From: Eukaryota sp. TZLM1-RC
Taxonomy: Eukaryota > Protista > Metamonada: BaSk clade
Length of the DNA: 64,000 nucleotides
NCBI GenBank assembly: GCA_040285825.1
Contig: JAUPSS010000004.1
Location: 1,592,550 to 1,656,549, forward strand
Direction of reading: 5' to 3'
Positions 57,496-64,000 of this stretch are shown here, one piece after another; the first letter of the stretch is position 1, and each line of letters begins with the position of its first letter. The translations under genes and the position numbers were made by a program. Under the pieces are notes generated by a model that was not told the origin of the DNA, did no database searches, and was given only the letters and a program-made list of their open reading frames with translations.

Positions 57496-60236
57496 TTTAT
57501 AAATGGAATTGATTGAATTATTTGTAAGGTTATTATTTAAAGATGTATATTCATCTGATTTATTACTACTACCACGTTTTTAATCACGTTTCTCACCTCC
57601 TTGACGCTTTTTTGAACCTGGTCTTCCCACTATTTTAAAACATTTTTTTTCAGGATTTTTATTGGTTTTGCATAAGCTACACCATTGCTCTGAAGGGTTG
57701 GGTCGACTGCTTACTCTAGGGTTCTTGAAAGGACCTTTCGACTGGCTTCGTACTTTTTGCGCAGGAGTATGAGCATCGAAAACTGTTCTAATCAGGTTAA
57801 TGTCTTTGATTGATGATTCAAAGCTATTGACCTTGTTTACAAATGCGTTACCTAAATCGTAAATCGCATCACCCAGTTGTTCATTACTCGAATTAAACTT
57901 GCCAATCCACATGATATATGTGTCCATCAATTGGTTGTTTGCTTTGTCGTAAATGGGCTCAAGAAATCTCATGGCTGGGTAGACAACTGACGGATTACCA
58001 TTCCTTCCAATCATAATTGTAGAGTGTCTAATTATATAGATAATCTGCTCTATGAAAGCTGTCCATAAAGATTCAGCGCTCATTTTGTGACTGATTTCAG
58101 GTGGCCTTACAGACCTTAAAGCTTTCTCAACATCGGTTGGGTTTTTGTACTGGGTGCTGAGAAGCAGATATTCCCAAATCTCGGCATCAGATGGGTTGTT
58201 GCCTAACACATTTTTTCGGTCTCAATAGAAACTTTGCCATTCTGCGATGACCTTACCCTCAATCATAAATCTCAAATACAAAGGGTCCACTTCCAAAAAC
58301 ATGAATCTAACGAAGTCATACTGATGAACAGGTTGACCATTTTTGGAGATCGGCGTAAATGCCGCGGTGGCTCCATTGCGATTTTTAACCGTTTTTGCCC
58401 AATTGCCAAAGTTAAGAACGAGGTCGAAGATCTTTTTGACGTCAAACACTTCATTTAACTTAACTAGGCAACTGAGTTTGTCGTCTATCTTTTTCCTCAA
58501 TTTCTCCTCATTTGTTATAGGTGTTCTATAAAGACCGAAAGTGTCGACGAGAGAATCTCTAGGAGCATTCGCTTCTAGGGGTTGGGTGGGTATAGATGGA
58601 TTTACAACAGATGCTTGCGTAGGAATTGCTTCACAGGAAGCTCTCCTAGATGCCAGAGGCCCTACAGAAGGTGTACTAAATATATTCATGTTCCTCTCTT
58701 CTGAAGACAATGTTTCGCTCAACTGTATGATGAATTTTGTTTTAGAAAATTCCTTTTGCACACATATAGTCTGAGCTGGTGGCCTTAAGTCCACTCAATC
58801 TGGTGCATCTTTAGATCCTCTAGGGACACCTGCTAATTTATGATCATATGGAAGGCAACTGCTCTTTGTTAACATATTCTTAAAAACATTATGGTCGTGC
58901 CAGCTATCAACCCATGCCTTAAGTTTTGCCATCCATGCATCAGGATAAACTAATTCTAACTTGTTAGGGCCAACACGTTGCTCTTTCAATTCAATTACCA
59001 TGGTGCCTATTTCTCTAACGTAGGATTGTTTGGCATGAAATTGAAGTGTGTCGCCTCGAGATTCATCGAATCTGCCCCCAAGCATAATTAAGATGTGGCG
59101 CTATAGAATCTTTTGGGTGTACGTTCTCCACTAGAAAATGCCTTACGACGCCTCTAAAGCTTCTACCCTGTTGATTATGAGGATACATTCTTGCTATCCA
59201 AAATAACCTGTCGTAAGCTTTTTAATTTCCACTAAAATATATTTTCTGGTCATCAATCGCATTCCAATGTCATTTGGCAGGCATGGGAGTAGCAGCTTGA
59301 TAGTTTGAACGAAGAGCGCTAAAATAGCAATCCTCGACTGCCCTCATTCCACACGAGACTGCCGAATCGTTTAGATCATCCAATCCCTTTAAAAGATTTG
59401 GGCTCTGATCATAATTTTCGTAGACGACATCGTCAAGTGTTTTGCAGAGGGTTTCCCTAAAGAAAAAGGGCTAGCGTTTAGCTAATTAGTCACGTCTGAC
59501 CTTCTCACATTCGGCTGGATCTACGTTTCCCGAGAGACGTTTTGACTCATTCTCAGCCATTTTCAGTAATTCATCATCACTCCAATCCATTACATCATCG
59601 GGAGGATTGGCGATGAGCTCCAATAGGAAATCCCTAGTTACAGTCTCAACTGCCATTGCTAGTTTTCTTCGACAAAGACCTTGAGAAGTCCTTTCCGTAG
59701 AAGGAAAACTTGGAGTTGTATCAGAAAAGTTGGGTGTATGAGGAGGTTCATCATCACTCTCATCCCCTCTCCTGCTGTTGTTCAGATTATGGGTTCCTTT
59801 GGAATAACTTTGTGATTTCTCACTTGAAGTGATGTCAGAAGTGGGTGAAGAGGGAGTTTTACGTGAAGAACTAGTCGTAGACCGTTGTTCGCCTTCACCT
59901 CCTTCACCTTCTGTACAAACGTTAGAATTGTTAGTGACATTTAACGCTTTGAATTTCCGTTGCTCGCTTGGAGTGAGAAAACTCTTCCTACAAGGGAAAA
60001 GCTCCGGGGAGTTGTCCGGATTCGTGTACAATTCCGTAACATCAACAACGTGGTTACCATTCTCCTTGCTGAGGAGGTGACTTTCATTCTGAGAGGTTAG
60101 GCTTTTCTCAGCGGAAAGCTCACTCTCCTAAGGAGGATTACTCTTTCCAGGAAAGACTACTCATCTCAAAAGAAGGATTACTCTCCGTAGATGGAGGATT
60201 ACTCTTGATGTCCTGGCCTACTGAGTCATCCATTAA

Positions 60237-60364
60237 TGATGCTGTAAGGTTAGACATATACAGTAACAGAATAGAGATAAGGAATGTTTATTTAAATTTC
60301 ACTGTCCCTTATAAAGGCCATCACTAGTGAAGTCTATACTGGACTAATTGTCCACAGTACAACA
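60237..60364 (-). repeat. 5' LTR of element C (128 bp)
   Basis: TGTTGTACTGTGGAC...ACAGCATCA; contains an ATG at 60257 leading into the S/P-rich leader. Confidence 0.85.
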
Positions 60365-61620
60365 ACAGCACGAAAAGTTTCAGACAAAGGATACAATCAT
60401 GAAGCTTATATTGAATCGAATTGTTTATCAGAGGAGGAGTAGCTAAACAATCAATTGGCAAAATATGGTAAAATTCCTTACGAAGTTTGATTTTCTTTTC
60501 ATTTATCATTTTATATGCCAGATTGCTCAATCCATGTCCGTAAGGTATTTTTATGAATTTTTTGGCAAAAACAAAAGTATCTAAAAGAAAAGGCCATTTT
60601 CCCTGATGACAACTTTTCTCCATCTTGGTGAATGTTGATTGAGTTCATCAATTGGTGTATCATCTCGAACAGTGGGAAATGGTAAATCAAAATAATATAA
60701 TCTTTTTTTAAAACTTGTAACTCAAACTGCATTAAAGTGTGATTAAGACAATAATGAGGTTGATGATTACCAATAATGTTTAAAAACCTATGAAGTAAGG
60801 TTCTTTCGTCAGAGAAAATTTCTGCCTGAACATCCATATTAATGTCTGGTAATCTGACTTGAGGACTCATTCTCAAAATAAGTGAATATTTACTCTGCAA
60901 AAAGAAATTTTGGCGATCAAACCTACCAATAACAATCCAATTTAAAAACACTTTTTGATCTCAAATCCACTCATCCATTCACTCATCAGTTTTCTTTTTC
61001 AAAACAATTGCACCTTCCTTTCTCTTTTTTTTGATAATCTCGTCAGGAGGGAGAAATTGGCCATCACGATTTATGTAAAGATGACCATCCTGATAGCTTT
61101 CAAGATCAAAGCACATAACACTGAGAAGATTTTGATTTGGGGTCATTGATTTTAACTTAATCAATGGATCAGGCTTGAAGCCACTGAACCTAGGCTCAAT
61201 TTTTCTGACCATACGCGGTTTCAATGGTTGTTTGTCAAAATCTTCCTGTTCTCAATATTCAAAATTGTATTCTCAGTACAAATTTCTTGGCTCAGTACTT
61301 TTTGTTGTTTTCTTCGCTCACGCTTTGATGTTTGTTGGTCAAAAACCGCATTTCTAATAATTTTTCATGTTGATTTAAAATTGGCTTTTCTCTTCCTGGG
61401 ACCAGGATTGATTGAACATCTCCATTTATTGTTAAATCAACTGTAAATGGGTTTGTTGATAGAAGATGTTGGTAGCTACTGGATTGAGGAGACAAATTAT
61501 AAACATAATAATCAAACTTAACATTATCAAAATAACAATTTAAGACACAACATCCCGTATCTAAAGTGCAAGACTCTAAAACGCCAAAATGAACAAACTG
61601 ATAAACAAAACACACAGAAG
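60365..61620 (-). pseudogene. Decayed family-B DNA polymerase, N-terminal and 3'-5' exonuclease region
   Basis: VMCFDLES (ExoI), FSDERTLLHRFLNII..HQP...NH...FE (ExoII-like) and QYKLHDCILCLKLF (ExoIII-like), in order across three broken ORFs. Confidence 0.6.
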
Positions 61621-61899
61621 AACATTTTCATATCTAAGGTGATAAGCACCATGTCTGATTCCACAAAGAAACAACTAAATATTCCAGGTGCACTATCTGG
61701 GTCTTATACCAGTGTAAGTGGATATACTCGGAAAATTTGTTTGTTTGTTTATTTTCTATTTACCACTATAGATTTTCTATGGACCACACTGGTTGTACAT
61801 TGGTGTTCGACCGATGTTCAGACCCATGAAAAAAGAATCATTAAATTTAAAAGGCAAATTGTGGATTGTTGGTGAAAACTTTTGTCAAAATGGATTTGT

Positions 61900-62680
61900 T
61901 TTTATAAAATTTGTAACAAAACTGAGATTATATTTGAATATTCCCATTAATCAATTATTTACAAAAGAAAAATGTATTTGTTCGAATTCACCTCAACTCA
62001 CTTTGCGCCATGCTGTGAATTGCTCTAAATTGATAACTCATCGTTCTTCATTACATGATGCTGTTAGAGACACTGTTTTCAATATGGCACAAACTGCAAG
62101 AATATCGTGTATCAAAGAGCACCTGCTGAAGGAAACACTTTTTCTGAATAATTTTGGTTCTGATGATAGAGGTGATGTATACTGTTATTGGATTGATAAT
62201 TCTGAAGCTATTGTTGACTTTGTCTCATGTAATGTTGCAAATGATACTTTGGTTCACAGAAGAAAACTTAATCCTGTGGCTCCTCTGGATTTTAAAGCAA
62301 AAGAGAGACATAGAAAATATGATAAAGATATTGAAGAGGCTAATGTCGATAGAAATACACAGCTGGTTTTTATTGCTTTCCCATTTTCGATGAATGGAAG
62401 ATTATCAGATGAAGCAGAAACTTTTTTGAATGACTTCCAAAAAATGGTGCAAGAAAAAACAATGAAAAGATTTGATATTTTTTATGGCGTTCATGGATTC
62501 AATTTGCCATTACTAATAGATTACCACGGTTTTTCAATCGAATAAGAGAAGCTTTAGCTAAACAGCAAGCAGATCAAGATTTTGTAGAGGAAATCTTGGT
62601 TCAATGATAGTCGTCCCCTTAGTTATGAGTTAATTTAAGTGTGCAAATTCAATAAATATTCTCTTATTTTTATAAAAAAA
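61900..62680 (+). mobile_element. 3' end of a third RLE non-LTR subfamily
   Basis: CICS...LRHAVNC, HDAVRD, RGDV...IVDF, KHRKY-like, FPFSMNGRL, followed by AATAAA and an A-run. Confidence 0.82.
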
Positions 62681-63457
62681 TAAGTTGATTCCCGATTGCA
62701 TCAATGAAGATCCTACCAGCAGCTCTTGGGTTGAAGAAGAAGTATGTGCTTCAATCAGCTTCTCCTATTTCTACAGCAACACCAGACTCTACATCTGCCA
62801 CACCAACACCGGGAACGGTCCAAACTACTACTACAACACCTAAAAAAAGTCAACAGAAAAAGTATTTGCTTTATGCAACTACATTAATAAATTTTCGGAG
62901 TGGATAGCAATGTCTTCTACCACTTGTGTATTGGAACATGTAGAATGACTGTGTCGTCCTTTAGGCAGCAAATGTTTTAGATGATTGGCCACATTGGGGG
63001 TTTTAGAACTGTTGATCGATTTCTTTTTGTTCACAATAGAGTCTTTTTCATCTCCATCAATTCGTTTTACAAGTGTCGTATTTGTAAATGTGTCCAGGGA
63101 ACTCAAGATTTGCAATGTTCTGGTGAAATGAAATAGGAATTCATGAAATATCCGGAATGTAATCTAAGGATCAGTTACCAGAAAAAGCTAATTTACGGAA
63201 GTCGGAGAAATTGCTGAAGGTCAACGAACAACCGTCAAGACAAACAAAAGAACGAAAAGTCACAATAAAACTGATTCGTCATTTTTTGGAATACTGTTTT
63301 TTGTTAAATTTTCACTTTGCACCATCACTTGCAGTTAAGATGGTTAATTTTTTAAATCGAAATGTTATGGCTGTTTGGGAGGTCTTTGCCAAAAAGTGGC
63401 GACATGTAAATGAATTTACATGTGGTTTTATTGGTCATGAATATATGACTGTTCACA

Positions 63458-63940
63458 CTAATCAAACTCTTCGTCCTCGATTTCATCATCGTCAGATGCG
63501 TCCATCAACATGGAATCAGCGAGATCTTCCTTGTACTGATTGTAAACAGAATTAACAATGGCAGGATCATCAACAACGGAATAACTTGATGGATCGTTCA
63601 TATCATCAGCTTTCAACACTACTAGTTCTTCACGACGGCGGTCAGGTACTACGCCATAGACTTGCTTTTTGTATACAACAAAGGTCAGGGCATCCAAATC
63701 GAGTGAGTGAGGAGCTGATGCGAGCAATAAATCAGAATCTGCACAAAGTTTGTAGTCGGACACAGTCTTATCCTCATCGAGTAATTCGCCTGAATGAAAT
63801 AATGCAGAATCGGCGATGTCTGCGGTGACTTTATCCAAGATCTTTCCAAGGACACATTCAATAGTGTCAGACTCACTGACTTCGACTTGGACTGACTCAC
63901 CGATCTCATAGCACAGAACGTTTAAAGTGAAGGGAGCCAT
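63458..63940 (-). CDS. Ubiquitin-like domain protein with an acidic C-terminal domain
   Basis: VEVSESDTIE.V..KI...LFHSGELLDEDKTVSDYKL..S.LLL is a ubiquitin-fold pattern with no C-terminal GG. Intact 160-aa ORF. Confidence 0.82.
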   Translation of the reverse strand: MAPFTLNVLCYEIGESVQVEVSESDTIECVLGKILDKVTADIADSALFHSGELLDEDKTVSDYKLCADSDLLLASAPHSLDLDALTFVVYKKQVYGVVPDRRREELVVLKADDMNDPSSYSVVDDPAIVNSVYNQYKEDLADSMLMDASDDDEIEDEEFD

Positions 63941-64000
63941 TGGATAACAGTTTAAGTTACTTCAAAACTAAATTGTTCATCACTGACATTAGTTTCACTA

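Larger units (their letters stand above)
53660..60364 (-). mobile_element. Decayed, probably chimeric Gypsy chromovirus-like element, family C
   Basis: LTRs 60364-60237 and 53794-53660 (TGTTGTACTG...GCATCA) are related but divergent, with no TSD. Frameshifted gag, PR (IDNGA), RT (YIDD), RH, IN, GPF and chromo-like tail. Confidence 0.93.

Noticed and set aside
60130-60206. Three copies of AGGATTACTCT
   Set aside because: Part of the low-complexity S/P-rich coding leader of element C, not a separate feature.
62704-63440. Short ORFs 62704-62907, 62879-63115 and 63211-63555
   Set aside because: Low-complexity or overlapping the UBL gene, with no recognisable features.

Overview
AT-rich eukaryotic DNA from a compact, apparently intron-poor genome. 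Ciliary genes suggest a flagellated microbial eukaryote, and host genes end in TAA, consistent with the standard code. About three quarters of the window is nested mobile DNA. It contains: (i) a ~460-bp satellite at the left edge; (ii) a dozen decayed non-LTR retrotransposon pieces of the RT + Zn-knuckle + restriction-like endonuclease (CRE-like) type; (iii) four families of short-LTR (79-154 bp) Ty3/Gypsy chromovirus-like elements, here called A-D, two with near-identical LTRs and 4-bp TSDs; (iv) a 5.75-copy 1354-bp tandem array that is an internally deleted family-D LTR element sharing single LTRs; (v) two Fanzor (TnpB-like) pseudogenes and a decayed family-B DNA polymerase. Host gene islands are a multi-TM P-loop NTPase, TTC5, FCF2, MORN5-like, an STPG/SHIPPO-repeat protein, a large TPR protein and a ubiquitin-like protein. 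The most unusual signal is a shared cis-architecture in the LTR families. A perfect, co-varying palindrome CA-(N4-8)-TG(G) sits where the tRNA primer-binding site should be in all four. Most also have a second family-matched polypurine tract inside integrase, and ORFs that begin in the 5' LTR and stop at or in the 3' LTR. Family B additionally carries a ~550-aa unknown Cys/His-rich insert between RNase H and integrase.
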